Positions 1-15,049 of a stretch of 64,000 bases of DNA are shown piece after piece; the stretch's first letter is position 1, and every line of letters starts with the position of its first letter. The notes under the pieces were generated by a model. That model made no database searches. It was not told the DNA's origin and saw only the letters and a program-made list of their open reading frames with translations. Both the position numbers and the translations under genes were made by a program. The stretch is from Octopus vulgaris (lineage: Eukaryota), in NCBI GenBank assembly GCA_951406725.2, contig OX597816.1:129890001-129954000 (forward strand). The letters run 5' to 3'.

Positions 1-130
1 GCATGCATGCATGCATGTATGTATGTATGTATGTATGTATGTACGTATGTCTGTATGCATGCATATATATATATATATACACACACACATTTATAAATGT
101 GTGTATATATATATGCCTGTGCGTGCGCGC

Positions 131-212
<82 letters not shown>
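1..212. repeat. (TATG)n/(TA)n microsatellite
   Basis: Directly visible. Confidence 0.97.
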
Positions 213-216
<4 letters not shown>

Positions 217-430
217 CCAGCCTCGCCTGGCACCTGTGCAGGTGGCACGTAAAAAGCACCCACTACACTCACGGAGTGGTTGGCGTTAGGAAGGGCATCA
301 AGCTGTAGAAACATTGCCAGATAAGACTGGAGCCTGGTGCAGCCTTCTGGCTTCCCAGATCCCCGGTCGAACCGTCCAACCCATGCTAGCATGGAGAACG
401 GACGTTAAACGATGATGATGATGATGATGA
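213..430 (+). mobile_element. 5'-truncated SINE with RTE-like tail ending in (GAT)n
   Basis: GGTTGGCGTTAGGAAGGGCATC motif and CCAACCCATGCTAGCATGG...GGACGTTAAAC(GAT)n tail; inverted homolog at about 47000-47185. Confidence 0.7.
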
Positions 431-1121
431 TATATATATCCTTCGCTGATGAAGTCCACCTGGCCTGCTAACAAAGATTATTTTTAAAAATTAACTCCTT
501 GGTATTATCTCCCTTGTCTTTGAAAGTCGCCAAGGTATTGTTTTCTTTCATTAGAAGGCAAATTTCAAGTAATTGTTTGTTTGTTTGTTTGTTTTTTTTG
601 GTAGGGGTTGGGAGCTGATATTTTTTTCATATATCACCCCTTAAACATATATATGTGTATGTATGTGTGTGTATATATCTAGGTAACTTGGCTTGCTGTC
701 TGTCTTCTTTCCTCCCTTTCAACATACCATTCCATATCTTGCGTACATGCACACACACCCTTAGTAAACTACTTAAATTACTTCTGTTGTCTATTGTGCT
801 CTGAATTCAAAGAAATGGGGTGTTGATTGAAGATACATCACTGAATAGAATATCACTTGTCTCGTCACATGGTGACACTCGCCAGACTTCACCCTGAGAT
901 CAACCCATTCTCCTTCATCCCTTATTATTTAAAGTTTAACACGTTCAACCGTATGTCTGAACTACTTTTGAGGCGTTCTATGACACGCGGTCTGCGCTTT
1001 ATCCTTTATTCACAATTAATTTACATGCATGTGTGTACACGCACCTACGCACAGTTACGTCTTTATCTTCTTGTTTCGGTGCTCTTCAGCCTGCCCCGTC
1101 GTTACTTTTTCTGCATTTATA

Positions 1122-1538
1122 GGCGCAGGAGTGGCTGCGTGGTAAGTAGCTTGCTTACCAACCAAATGGTTCCGGGTTCAGTCACACTGCGTGGCACCTT
1201 GGGCAAGTGTCTTCTACTATAGCCTCGGGCCGACCAAAGCCTTGTGAGTGGATTTGGTAGGCGGAAACTGAAAGAAGCCCGTCGTATATTTGTGTGTGTG
1301 TGTGTGTGTGTCTGTGTGTGTGTGTGTGTTTGTGTGTCGGTGTTTGTCCCCCCAGCATCGCTTGACAACCGATGGTGGTGTGTTTACGTCCCCGTAACTT
1401 AGCGGTTCAGCAAAAGACACCGATAGAATAAGTACTAGGCTTCCAAAGAATAAGTCCTGCGGTCGATTTGCTCGACTAAAGGCGATGCTCCAGCAAGGCC
1501 GCAGTCAAATGACTGAAACAAGTAAGAGTAAAAGAGTA
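1122..1538 (+). mobile_element. tRNA-derived SINE, family A (CORE-like domain, internal (TG)n)
   Basis: A-box TGGCTGCGTGG, B-box GGTTCAGTC, GGCACCTTGGGCAAGTGTC. Other copies or fragments near 7505, 16015, 16700, 20220, 29077, 30885, 36610, 43826 and 46798. Confidence 0.85.
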
Positions 1539-1655
1539 TTTAGTTTCTTACTGCAAGGTTCTGGGTTCGATTCACTCCAGGGTTTCGATTTGGCCTGTTA
1601 TCATTCTAGAATACAAGCATCACCGTCTCTCTCTCTCTTCTATCCTCTGTGTGAG

Positions 1656-1707
<52 letters not shown>

Positions 1708-2578
1708 ATGAGAGGGTTGATAGGTGATAAGGAGAATATAATTCCAAGTTTGTGAATGTGGGTGTCATTGAGTCACCTTTGGGCTAGGTATGGATGGTCT
1801 ATAGGCTTGGCAACTGGATAGAAACAAGATGGATTATATGCGCAATCTGCACACCTGTAGTAAGAGGGTGTCGGTTCAGAGCTTATTTCTAAACAGCACA
1901 CACGCACACGTGTGTATATGTATACATATATATATATGTGTGTGTGTGTGTGTGAGTGTGTGTGTGTGTGTGTGTGTGTATGTATATATGTGTGTGAGTG
2001 TGTGTATGTATATATGTGTGTGTGTGTGTGTACAGACAGACAGACAGACAGATGGCGGTGATGAAGCTGAGTGGTAGGAAATCTGTAAAGAATCCTGGTT
2101 CTTTAATAAGCATTAAACGTGTCTTTTTCTATATTTTCTGTTTCTCTCTCTCTCTTCTCTCTAATCTTCCCCCACTTTACGCGTTATTCAACCTTTCTCT
2201 TTAATTATCTCATTACTATGTTGCCATTCTGTTTCGTAACAAACGCGGAACTTTACTCTATAAAAAAACAAGCTGAAATTATGCATTGTTACAGTGTGTA
2301 GGCATATACAATACGTATGTGCATCTTACCTGTGTGTATTTGTGGAATGGTATATATATATATATATGTACGCGCGTGGGCAGATGTAGAGGCAGGCGGT
2401 TGTTGATAAATGATGATATCACACAGCCTATGATGTCATTGACAGCCAGCCGGATACACTAAAACTTTTATCGATTTTTATTTCACCTTCATTTGTAGAA
2501 GTTTACTTTTTCAGTCTTTCTCTTCGCGTTGCTCTCTTTTCCATCATTTGTGGGAGGATATTTCAGATGACTCAATAT

Positions 2579-2643
<65 letters not shown>

Positions 2644-2988
2644 CCTCTCTCTCTCTCCCCAACATTTCGGATGTCTGTTGGACGCCTGTTACTAAGCACA
2701 CTTCTCCGTCCCTGTTAGATCTATTAATATACATTTGAGCTATTGGACGAATCTAAATGTTGTCACCAGCTAAATCTCCATCGAATCCCATTCGGCTGCC
2801 TTCTTAAAAAGAGAACTCACTGAGTGATCTAATTCTTACATTATATCTGAAATAGAAATATCAGGATGATCATGGCTGGAACATCTTTGATTATAAGTTT
2901 GTTCTGGAGATAAACGGCATTAATATACACAATAGAGTTTTATCATCACCACAGCTGGCTTTCTCTTTACCTTCATTCATCAAAAAAT

Positions 2989-3019
<31 letters not shown>

Positions 3020-3189
3020 TCATCTTGCACACACACACACACTTGTCATCTTGCACACACACACACACACACACACAGGCATTCCCTTTTTTTGGAACTC
3101 TCTTGCATTATAAAACCATTTTTCAACTACCTCCAAATTCTGTTCTTTTCAACATGTGATCTCTTAAGCACCACCAGCTCAAATATTGT

Positions 3190-3365
3190 CTCCTCTGTCT
3201 TCCCTCCTTGGGATCTTTCCTTCTCCTTGTTTCCGACGAAGAGCTCCGCTCGAAACGTTAAACCCTCCTTCCCTTCTTTCCTGAGCGTCAATAATACTTT
3301 AATTGTTCCACGTCCTGCGTTGCTGTGTTTTTTTTCTCTTTTTTTCTGTGTTTTCTTGTTTGGAT

Positions 3366-3370
<5 letters not shown>
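3190..3370 (+). mobile_element. Penelope-type terminal repeat fragment with minimal hammerhead motif (copy A)
   Basis: Homologous to 43150-43328. Contains GTTT-CCGACGA-A-GAGC-TCC-GCTC-GAAAC-GTT-AAAC at 3229-3263 and ends in (TA)n. Confidence 0.65.
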
Positions 3371-3422
<52 letters not shown>

Positions 3423-5209
3423 TCAGAGAGATAGAAGTAACTATATAGTCGGTCAAAGGCTGTCACACACACACAAATATAAAGCAGAAGCAGTTCATGT
3501 TACTAAAAGTTTAAAAATCACTTTTATATACTAAAAAGCCGATTGGGTTCCTTTTCATCAAACATGTCTGATTTGTACAACAGCCTTACTCGATGTGAGA
3601 ACTGCTTCGCATCGTGTGTGTGTGAGAAATGTTTTTTGAAATTCAAGTTATTTTTTTCTTTAAGCATTTTTCTGTAGGATTTTACACCGACTATATTAAC
3701 CACCGTGTTCAGCAATCAAGAGAGCCTCTATGTACTCGCTCGACCTGATAAATGTAGCATCCCATCTTCAAAAACAAATATGTACTGGATTCTTCTGCAC
3801 AAGGGAAAAAGAAAAACATGATGGTCACAGCTGGAATGCTTTTGATCATAGGCCTGGTTGATCTAGTTGGACATAGGGTTAAGCAACATAATCGCCAGTG
3901 GTAACACTACAACATTTGGTCGAATTAGTTGTTTAGTTTCAGACTAATCGAGTTGTCCTATAATCAGTGGCGTTCCAGCCTTGGCAGTCCCATCCTTTTC
4001 CCGATCATTATGTATATAGGACTACACTATCCAGGGTCTCTCTTTGAAGATTGTAGGATGGAATAAGAGGGAAATTTGGCTGCTGTTTCTAACAAACCCA
4101 TCACGTAAAGACTCCATCATTGGTTCAAGTAGCCTAATTAGTTGTTGTTATTGTTTTTTAGTCCATATCACTCCTGATAGAACAGATCTGTAATCAAAGG
4201 CGTTCAAGCTCGACCATCCCGGTTTTGTAGGGATACTTAGGACTACATCAAGACAGAGTCGCAAGCTATATACTCTACCAAACATCTGAACTCCTTGACT
4301 TGAGCTTCACCACTGAATGAAATTTAATGTCTTACTCAGTCAGGATCCACATCATACCAAAACAAAAAGGCACAATAGGCACAATATTCTTCTATATTTA
4401 CAAAAAACATAAGGAGGCCATTACTAGAATACATTTTATTTATAGGGCTGCTCAATTGGAGCTGATCTGGAGCTAAAAACCACTACCACCGACAACAGCA
4501 ACGTTGTTTGTCCATGAACATAATAAAAAGAAATCATTATTAAAGCGATAACCTCTGTTATTTACAGTTTAACTTGCCAAACTCGTAGGAATAATTTAAT
4601 AAAATGCTTCGGTTGCTAGCAACGAAGATAGATCTTGTCAAAAACAATGTCCTATTAACGAAAGTGTTAAATGCCTCTCGTGTTATTCTTAAGGTTAATG
4701 TTCAAACTAAACCAATGGTGGCGATCTGGCAGAATCGTGAGCATGAAGCACTTTTTCCCGTCTATGTGTCCTAGGTTCAAATTCCGCCGAGGTCGACTTT
4801 CGAAGTCAATAAAATAAGTACCAGTTGAACACTGAGGTCGATGTATCCGACTAACCTCTCCCATTAAATTTCAGGCTTTGTGCTAATAATTGAAAGGAAT
4901 ATTAAATCTAAGCCTATTTATTAATCTGTATGACTATGGCTTATTCATCTGTTCACTTCTAAACTGTAAATGCACTGTCATCTTCTCTTCATCATTATTA
5001 TTGTCGTTATCATGATAATTGTCACCATTATCGTAATCATCCTTATAATCCTCCCCATCTTCATCGTAAAGATGATTGCCAGCTCATTATACCTATACTA
5101 CAGCATATACAATCAAGTCCTACCGTTGCAATGGGGGAACAATTGTAATTATTTTAATAAGCAAATATCAACGTTTTTGAATTTGTAAACACTTTTACGA
5201 TCAATATAG

Positions 5210-5325
5210 ATCTTTTAGATCGGCTTTTGCTTTCAGTAACACGGAAGAGCAATTTCATTTATCTTATCTTTTAGATCGGCTTTTGCTTTCAGTAACACGG
5301 AAGAGCAATTTCATTTATCTTATCT
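5210..5325. repeat. 56-bp direct tandem duplication
   Basis: TCTTTTAGATCGGCTTTTGC...TTTATCTTA twice. Confidence 0.9.
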
Positions 5326-8300
5326 CTCTTAACTATCTATATACTCATATAATTTTTATATACATAAATTTTAAGCAGGCGAATTTGTGAAGTCGTTAGG
5401 GCACTAGGCACATCGTTACACGGTTTTCGATATTTTTAGTTAGGATAGCTCCTAGATCAACTTTGCTTTAAATTCTTTTGTGGTCGATAAATAAAGTGAC
5501 AGTCTTCTTTCCACCTTTATCTCTAAAAAAATCGATTGTGGACAGATTTGGATATACTTCACTAAATCATGGCACAGATACGCTGTATATCACCGCTGTG
5601 TATCTAAGACTACGTCAGTTGGGGGTTTATAAGAATTATATAATAGATTACTTATGTAGTTGACAGAAATAGTAAAAACTCGTCAAACGGACTGTACTTG
5701 TTCTTGGGTGGTAGATTTCATGCACCACCCACTTGAACAACATCGCCTAGCCCTTAAGTATCTTTTACGGGATCTGCTCTGTTACAATATTAGAGCCAGA
5801 GAACTAGTCCTTCATGAACTGTAATTTCTCCGTTTTCTTCTCGAACACCATGAACGCTACCTTTTCTCCTCTGAGTAAAGAACAAAGCAATCTAGGTTTA
5901 TATTATCCAATGTATCCGCTCTTTTTAGTACAGTATCATTTAATGGAAACTCAGCAGGCATTAGCACCTTCATTAGCTCATGGCAGTTTTGACAGATGAA
6001 TCTAAAATGGTCGTTTAATGTGGAAATTAAGATTTTTACCCAAGCTTGTTATTTCTGTCTTTTATTCCAATTTGTTTTTTGGGGGTTTTTTTTCATTCAA
6101 TAAAGAAAGAATTCCCTTGGCATATATGGAATAAATTGGTTCCCAATAATATTTTTGCCCTCCGGTTTATATAAATATTTGTGTGTTGGAAGTGATAAAA
6201 AAAAATCTAGCGTACTAAAATTTCTCTAAGAAATCTACATAATTGGTATATGGATGGTTAATCAATAATTGCAAACAAACGAACTAAAAATAATTGTGAT
6301 TCTACAGGCTTTTATCCTAAGCAGATGTTCCTTATGGCAATAAGAGATATAAGACTAAATAACTTCAATGAAAAGCAATCTTGAAAGTTTTACTCTCACT
6401 AATGAGGGTAAAAAAATTTTCTTGCCCCTATCCAAACCAAGTATCTTTCCTTTCTAGTCTTAAGGGTTTTCTAATTTACAATATGAAACATGAATTTACC
6501 AATGATAAAGATCAATTGCCTATGGCATGTTGCTGCAGATCCTGGCATTCCAACCATCTATCGATATACCGTTTAACCAATGATATACAGTTCGAATGAA
6601 CTTTATTTCCTAATATGACTAGGCCACTGCACGGTTTAATCATTTCCAATTTCTCTGAATAGTTCTTATTTAGAATTAATTTGGTATTTTTTTTTTACAC
6701 TAAATATGTAATGAGTGAAAAAGGGCTTCCACTGCGAATCACAAAGATTGAACTTCGGTGAAGATGAAGCCAAATATTTCGAAAATAAAGATCGTAACTG
6801 TAGGCCATTGAGTTCGTTGGAAGACTTGTTAATCATCGGAATTGATTTCTATTATAAATTTCTACTGTTGAAGTTGTGTTAGGGTTGTTTTCTGATCACA
6901 AAGATAATTTTCAAGTTAGCGACCTTATCTAGGTCACACTTGACATCTTTTTTTATATCCCAATAACTGCTTTAAAACAAATCGCTACCTTCATCTAAAA
7001 ATATACGAGTTGACATAATTTGAAATAGTTTAACATCATCTTGGTCATTTTCTATGGCAGTTGTATACTATCTCTAATAATAATCCATATATTTCCCTCT
7101 TTTTTTTTTTTTTTTTTGGCTTACACTAAAGAGGAAAAGCAATATTCATGACCCTTTTCAAGGCTTCAGAAAGTGGGGTGGGAAGGGGAAGTTATCCTCA
7201 GCTTGCAAAACTTGACCCGAAAGCTTGCAACGGAGTTGATTCTTCCAAAGGCAAGGAGGAGTGGAGTGGAGAAAATGGTGGTGGTGGTTATAAATAAGAT
7301 CAACAACTTTGGTATTCAAGACTTTATTCAACTCTTAACAAACAGCGTATCTAAAACAAAACAAAAAAAAAAGCTTACATTGGTGAAAGAAAATTTTACA
7401 CATAACCATTGCACGTGAAATAACAATAACTAAGAAATAATATAACAGTATTATTAAACCGGGCAATTGATTAAGATTGCCAACCTACAATAAAAACTAT
7501 CTTTCGGATATATTTCCGTCTACCAAATTTTGTTTACAATGCTTTGGTCGACTCGAAGCTATAATAGTAGATGCTTGCTCAAGGCTCTGCACCGTGGCTT
7601 TAAACCCAAAAGTACGCAGCTGTAAAACCAACTTCTAACCACAAAACCCGTTTCTGTGTCCCAGTAATATAGCTGAAGTGGTTCGCCTCGGGCGAGCTTT
7701 TATAGGAACGATACTTTTGGGTCTGCTATATACGCCTATATATAGGCTTGGAGGCTCGAGTGGTGACAAACTCGAGAGCTGCCCCGGGCAGCACAAACTC
7801 AGGTTATGCCATTGCTGTGTCCATGGTATTACAACAGCCAAGTTACTACCGAACTGTCGATCATCCTTTATCTTCTATTAACTTATTTTTTGTGAGAATT
7901 TGCTAAATCACATTTCAGAGTTCGGTGATTTTCTTTTCATTAATATGTAATTAGTTATGAGAAATTCAGACCAACGTTTCTTTAGGATAAAGCAGAATAT
8001 TGATTAGTTACATAGGTGGCGCATTTCGAGGTGAGTGGGGAGTATAAACATCGTGTGATATTCATGACTTTCTCAAAGGTATTTTAGACATTGAATTAAG
8101 AGATGTGACTACAACCAGGAATCAATATTGACCCGTGGGCATGCTTGTCTGGTTCTGCAGTGTTTGTTACTTCTATAAAGAATGTTTTTAGTAATTATCG
8201 ATCAGAAATCAATTAATCCATAGATCGCAGTTTTGAATAAAGTAGAGCAAAAGGTAAGCTTTCGTCAATTTAAGAATCAGTGCACGGTTTCAGTTTCTAA

Positions 8301-8378
8301 TTGAAAATCCTTTCATTTCACTAAGACTACCAACATACCTGGAAAAGTGCGTTCTAACTCACCACTTTCTTTTCTCTT

Positions 8379-8632
8379 CAGTTTAGGACAACCATTTTTT
8401 ACCTTTGGACCTCTTTTGATTCCTATTTGCTCTACTGGACCCGCCATAGCCATTTGAAGTTTTTAAAAGATCCCATATTTTTATAGTTAGCTATTATTAA
8501 GAACTGTATTTAAAAAATTGTTAAGTATTCTGCGTATTGTAGAAGTATAACCGATATATTACATATAATTTTCAACAACAAAATCTCTTATGGATTCTCA
8601 AGGGCCATATGGACCCCAGTTGAGAACCACTG
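8379..8632. mobile_element. hAT-type MITE (degenerate)
   Basis: 3' terminus GGACCCCAGTTGAGAACCACTG with a degenerate 5' CAGT...CAACC partner. Confidence 0.5.
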
Positions 8633-9392
8633 GTTCAGGATCCTTCTTAAACGACCAATACTTTGTGTGCTCCCCATAAATTTAATAGAATCAAATGTCT
8701 GAATTTTCGTAATCAGTAATATTCATTATCAATTAACAACACTCTTTTTTCACTTGCTGTATCAGCGGCAGTTGTATTAAGTCACCGATTGTCGTATCAT
8801 ACGAGTAATTTGGTGTCATACCCAGCCACTTGTATGAGCGATTGCTGAGTCCTACTAACAGTTATTCTATCATACAAGCAATTGCTGTGTCACACAGCGA
8901 CTGTTGTGTCATGCCAGCAATTGCTGTATTCTACCAAAGTATGTTTCTTCGTACCTGAGAGCAAAACCACTCAACATTGTAATTGTGGTATTGTGAAACA
9001 AGTGAAATAAAATGGAGCATAAGTAAGATTCTGTATAAGTATTTTTATGACTTCGAAAACCACTTCAGATTGTTCTGTTTACACCGAACTAACTTTTTGG
9101 GAATGTTTGAATATCACCACTTCTCATTTCCTCCTTTAAAAAATTCTCATGTAATGCCAACGTAAGGAAGAAATAAGTCTTGAAATTTAAATACATGTTG
9201 ATTACTGCCATGTCAACCTTTATCCTTATTTATAAGGAAAGAGCTCCAGCTGTAGCTGTCTCGTCCTGTTTTTTTTTTTAAATAGTATGGGTAAGACAAT
9301 ATCATCAATGTTATGTATGTTTTTAAGAGGACGTTTCGGTGAGGTTTGAGAATTGGCTAATAGTTCTAGTATGTTTGTGTTTGTGTCGCGCT

Positions 9393-9461
<69 letters not shown>

Positions 9462-9659
9462 GTATATGTACCTGTGCATATGTGTGTGTATATTACGCAG
9501 TGTATTTCACAGTCTGTGTTACGCGCGCGCGCCGCGTATACAGTTTGTGAATATAGTTATTTTCTCGTTTGGCTGTTTGGAGTTTCAAAATATATATTTC
9601 CTTATTTGTGACATTGATAGTAAGTAGTTGCATTGCTCTTTGTTGGCTTTTGTTATCCG

Positions 9660-9690
<31 letters not shown>

Positions 9691-10648
9691 TGTGTGTACA
9701 TAGTAGGGTGTAAGTTTGTTGACAAAAATAGTTGGTGTCAGACGATGATCAAGATAATTGATACAAAGGCGGTGAGCGCTACTCATCCATTTGTAGTGAC
9801 CTATTTGTGGGTCACTCCATATTCTTTATAACAGGCAGACACACACATACTCACACACGCGCGTTTGTGATGATTTTATTTGGAAAATGCTCTTAATGGC
9901 ATTTACTCCCTAATCACCATTATAATAAATGAAGTTAGTTATCATTTTAATGAGCATTAAATGCCGTTTCTTGTTTCTGTAACTTCTCTCTGGAGCTGTG
10001 TGAAAAAAAAAACATTAACATCTGGTGACGTTAATGCACATTTTAACAGCTTAAATCGTTTTCAATATCGTTGTTTGACTTTTAGCTTAAATCTATTTTT
10101 TTAATCCAATTTTCGACACTTAACTTTGAAACGGAAGAAAACGAAGACAACTTCTATGGGTCAACGAAGATGTCTCTAAGTGGTGTGCTTGACCCCCCCA
10201 ATTTTCATCCTTTCATCTTAAGAGGAAGGAAACACTGGTTAATATAATCTTCGATACACTGTGTAAGCTATAGGATCTGCTTCATTATATCGGACCTGAA
10301 GTTGTTATACAAATAACCCTCTATGTAGTTACTCGAGCTGCTAGAAATAACAACCAAATGTACCTGAAATCACATCCTTAAAAGGATAAGAATAAGTTGG
10401 GTGATGTAGTCTTAGAGATATGCTAGGAAAAAAGAGAAGATCATTATGACGGGTCTGTTCGATCAGATCAGCAACTTGATTTAGTCTTTTACTCGTTTTA
10501 CTTGTTTCAGGCATTGATGAGCTGCGACCATGCTTGCACACCACTTTGTAAGATTAGTCGACTAAATAGACCCCAGTACTTATTTTCTCAAGTCTAGTAC
10601 TTATTCTGTCGCTGTCTTGTGGCTGAGTTATGGGGCTGTATACAAATC

Positions 10649-10687
<39 letters not shown>

Positions 10688-10688
10688 C

Positions 10689-11085
10689 CAGGGTGTCCCC
10701 AAAAAATTGACATCATATCTGAGTAGCTACATGTCCGAGGTAAACGAAATTAAATAGACTTTATGTTGAACAATAAAAGATTTATTTATCAAAATTCGAA
10801 CAAGAAATTCAGAGGGATGTAGATTTTATAAACGATTTCACAAAGCTTCCCAAATGTTCAATATGCGCACCGCCTGTGACACGACACAAGTCAAGTCGGT
10901 AGTCCAGATCCTGCCAAACACGCTGTAGCATGTCTTGCGTAACGTTCTCCAGCACCTCAATGATTTTATACTTGGGTTCCTCTAGGCTTGTAGAAAGAGG
11001 GGGCTACAGACCAATCCTTTCACATAGGGCCCTAGAAAAAAAAACACAAGGTGTCAAATCAGGTTGATGAGGTGGTCATTTCAAC
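10689..11085 (-). mobile_element. Tc1/mariner-superfamily transposon 3' remnant
   Basis: TIR-like CAGGGTGTCCCC next to (TA)n. Minus strand encodes a decayed PPHQPDLTPCVFF*G.YVK, matching the WPPRSPDLTPxDFFLWG motif. Confidence 0.75.
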
Positions 11086-11210
11086 AGCATGTTGTCATTA
11101 TCACTGGCATGCCTGATCCAGACTTTGTTTTTACACATTTTATTGAAATTTGAGATCATTTGGGTGAGAGCTGGCTATGTTATTAGACTACAAAATGTCC
11201 ATTTTGTGGG

Positions 11211-11252
<42 letters not shown>

Positions 11253-11254
11253 GC

Positions 11255-11296
<42 letters not shown>

Positions 11297-12177
11297 GGGG
11301 GCTTCCATACGGTTTCCGTTTGCCAGATTCTCTCACAAATCATTAATAGGCCCAGAATACGTGATTGCGAAACGAACTTTTTAAGCACGCAACCATTTTG
11401 GCGTAAACTTTTTTTTCTCTCTCTCTCTCTTCTTGATGTATTACTTCATGAAAGTAAACTACCATTTATGCAAATTTTTTTGTGTTTGTCTATAACATCA
11501 AGGTAACTCTTTGAGTATGTCGGAAGTCTGCAATCCTCTGAGACTCAGTAATATTTGTAGGAGACTCTGAGTTTGTGAAAGTTTATTTCTTTGGCCATGT
11601 GTCTGTCTGTAATCACTCCCGTATTCCGCTCTTTTTCATTCAATCAGTTAGAAATAAACTGTTCTTGCTTTGATTATTGCAGGAACAGTAGCAGTTGGTG
11701 GTGGTGGTGGTGGTGGCTTTAGTGTTGGCAACGTGGATGATGGCTTCAGTGGTATAGAAGATATGCTAATAATGCCGATTTTGGTAGGAGTGGCGTTGTT
11801 GCTGTTTAACTCCAGAACGCCTCTGCTACAGTAGATCTCTAAGGTCAACGACATTGAAGCCGTGACCATTTCGTGTTTTGTTCTTTCCCCTCTAGACAGT
11901 GTATCTAGCACTACGTTATCTAATATGTACGTCCTTGTTTTAAAAACACTAGGTTAGGACTTGAGAGAGGTGTCTGCCATTTCTAGCAAATCGACCGATT
12001 GCATAAAAACTTTCTCGTTGACCAGCGGTGATGGTGTATGGTCGTAGCGGTGGTGGTGCTAACTGGTCGATTGGATTGTAATTTCTTTTTTCTTTTTAAT
12101 AACTGTATATACTTTTCGTTCATTAAACAGATTGACTGTCCTCTCATCAATTTCACACTATTCTCAGAACAACCCCC

Positions 12178-12226
<49 letters not shown>

Positions 12227-12797
12227 TTACAGCAGGAACAATGACATGTTTTGCCTGTTCTCCTTATGGTGTCCATACCTAATCACCCACTTGGGATTTA
12301 GGAGTGGGGGTCAGCTTAGCAGAAAAACCACTGGAAGTTAATGGCCAAAATACTAAGGACTATAAATTGTATACTTTGTTATCCCCTCCATTTGACTTCA
12401 GTTAGCGACCATGTTTTTACCATGTAAAATCTATCCTTCTCAAGCCTATTCTTATGTCGTGCATATCTGTACCTCTCAGATCTCCTTATACACAGTTAGT
12501 TAGTTTCGGCCTCTACGTAAACACTTATGTCGCACTTTTTCTTTTTAGCATCTTTCTGTTATTGGACAGTCCTCATTTCTCTAAGACAAATGATTTATTA
12601 TTATTACAATGGCAACAGTGACTCAAATTATCAGGTTGAGGAAATGCTAGTCATGTGCATGACACTTCTAATGACTTTAGAAGCGTGAATGATCTCAACG
12701 GGGTGTGTATGTGGGTTGTAAATTCTCTTTGCGTTAACACTGTTGTTTCAGTGCAGTACTTGGACTATCAATGCATTCTGAACCAACACCGTGTGTA

Positions 12798-12842
<45 letters not shown>

Positions 12843-13311
12843 TAAGTAAGGGTAGTATTAATGACTATCTTTACTCCCCGCTTCTCTCTCTCTATCTCTA
12901 TCTATCTATCTCCTTGATTTAAATTGGTTACTGAAAAACATCGGTGAAGAAACCAACTTTAAGTTTATTTCAGCTAAGTGTAAGGTTCTAATATAATAAT
13001 ACTCGGTTTGGATTTGCAAATATATAATAAAAAAAAACAATAATAATAAAAGTTAAAATGTAAATCCCTCCCTTTATACCCGGAATTGACCTTTACGGAG
13101 TGATTCTGAAATGCTTTAATTTAATTGCAAACACGGGGAGAGAAATTTCCTAAGCAATATATATTAAAGTGATGGGTACTGGCATTTCAACGAGGTCACT
13201 TCCTGCTTTGAAAAGCTGGCGAAAAGTTGGGCAGTTCTGCAAGAAACCCCATTGGAATATTGCCATAAACTGAATATTGATATTTCGTTTTGGGATTTGG
13301 TTTAATCATAT

Positions 13312-13445
13312 TTTATTGTGTCTGGGAAGAGTCATTCTCTTTTAGTGCCTTATTTAACACACGCACCGGTAAAGTTTCCACTCATTTATTTATTTTTCCT
13401 AAAATTTCCGTTGCGTCTTGCAACCTTTTCAATAGTCGTTGACTC
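13312..13445 (-). repeat. Dispersed repeat, inverted copy of about 34330-34470
   Basis: GTTGCGTCTTGCAACCTTTTCAATAGTCGTTGA is the reverse complement of TCAACGACTATTGAAAAGGTTGCAAGACGCAAC. Confidence 0.85.
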
Positions 13446-15049
13446 CTGTCCGTTATCCGAGCTGCGTTCTTTTTGTTTGTTGTGTGTATGTGCTAATAAC
13501 TCACTAACTTATATTTAATATATAGCAATACATAATGAAGTTCAGTTTTTATTTTTAGTTTATATTGAACACCCGCCGTGGTGTTTTATTGAATAGATAA
13601 AATAAAATTGTAAGTTCACTGCACGTACTGTTAATCAATACTGATCTTTTACTCGGATTTTCTTCGTGATGCTCATCCTTTAATACACCATAAAAGCAGA
13701 CCCGAACTTAAAGAAAGGCGAACTGCTGGAGTCTACAAAGGTAATGGTAGGGACCCGTGAGCTGTGTTCAAAATTTTAAAAGTTGCAGTATAAAACGTAT
13801 TCAGTTAGATATATCTTACAATTGAGAGATGAAGCTGGGAAAACGAGTTTGTAGTGAATAAAATCGTCTTATTGAGTAGAACTTTTAAAAGCCTGAGGTT
13901 CGAAAATTCTTTTGAATGAATGGTATCCCTGACTGTAAAAAGGTTGGGGACTGCTCTATAGTTACTTAAGTTTAAAGAACTTGAAGATCTACTATTCAGT
14001 TTTCGGTAATAACCCGAGAAAATAGCTGCTTTTTTTTTTTATTGTACTTAAAACAATAATTGAATTCATGCTTTATGTATGCTTTGTCAGAACTTGACCT
14101 GTTTATGTATTAAGATCTACTTCAACACTTTAAGTGTTTACGCTAATTTTTCCATACATTTATGTATTCATTGTTCTTGCAGATTCAAGTATCTTAGGAG
14201 TTATAAAACTGAACCGTTTGACAATGTGCCTCTTCTTTCTTTTTTTTTACTAAATACGCTTCCAATGTTGACAAAAGGCATAGAAGGAGACAGGGATATT
14301 GAAAGTAATCAAATTTTAGATGCTCTGTGGTGAGAACTAATTTGATGTAACTCTAAGGTTTAAGCTGAAACCTTGTAGCTAGCAATGTTTCAGCTCTATT
14401 TCTATAGTATTCAACTTGTCATCAGAGTAGATTAACTCGGAAATGGGATTGAACTTCCTCTAATCTGTGGTCAGTTACTCGACTTGTAATGAAGTAAATA
14501 CCGTCGGTTTGCTACGAGGCCTCTAGTAGTTTGCTTTTTATGAGCGCACCCTAATATCTGATTAGAATAAAAGGAAATATTAAGTTTGATAATAACGAAT
14601 TAGACGGACGTGAAGTCGCCAAATGACACATGAGTTATTAATAGTGTTGTAATGGTTTAAACATAAACCTCTTAAAAATTTGCAGAAACAAACACTGTTG
14701 GTTCAAATACGGTTTCAACAACAGGAATGTTAATTTACATCCGTTTTAGTAGCAGACTTCCTTTCACTAATAACTTCTGTGACCTCAGTCCTGCTGAATT
14801 TTCTAACAACATTCCAGCTTCATTTATTAAAAGCTCCATAATCCAAAAAGTTCTTCATCAGAGCATCGACAATGCTACTCCAGGTAGCTTTCAAACCCAC
14901 AGTCTACTGCTTACTTTAAACCCTGTTGGTTTTAAAAATCAATTATTTTTCGCTTGTCTTTTTAAATGTAGGATGGGCATTAATTTTTTTATTCGTTTGT
15001 TAGCTGCCATTCTTCATGCTAATAAACTATTTAGTTTCCTTAATTAATG

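Noticed and set aside
446-460. CTGATGAAGTCC, a possible hammerhead 5' half
   Set aside because: No GGAC-GAAA partner downstream; at best a truncated relic.
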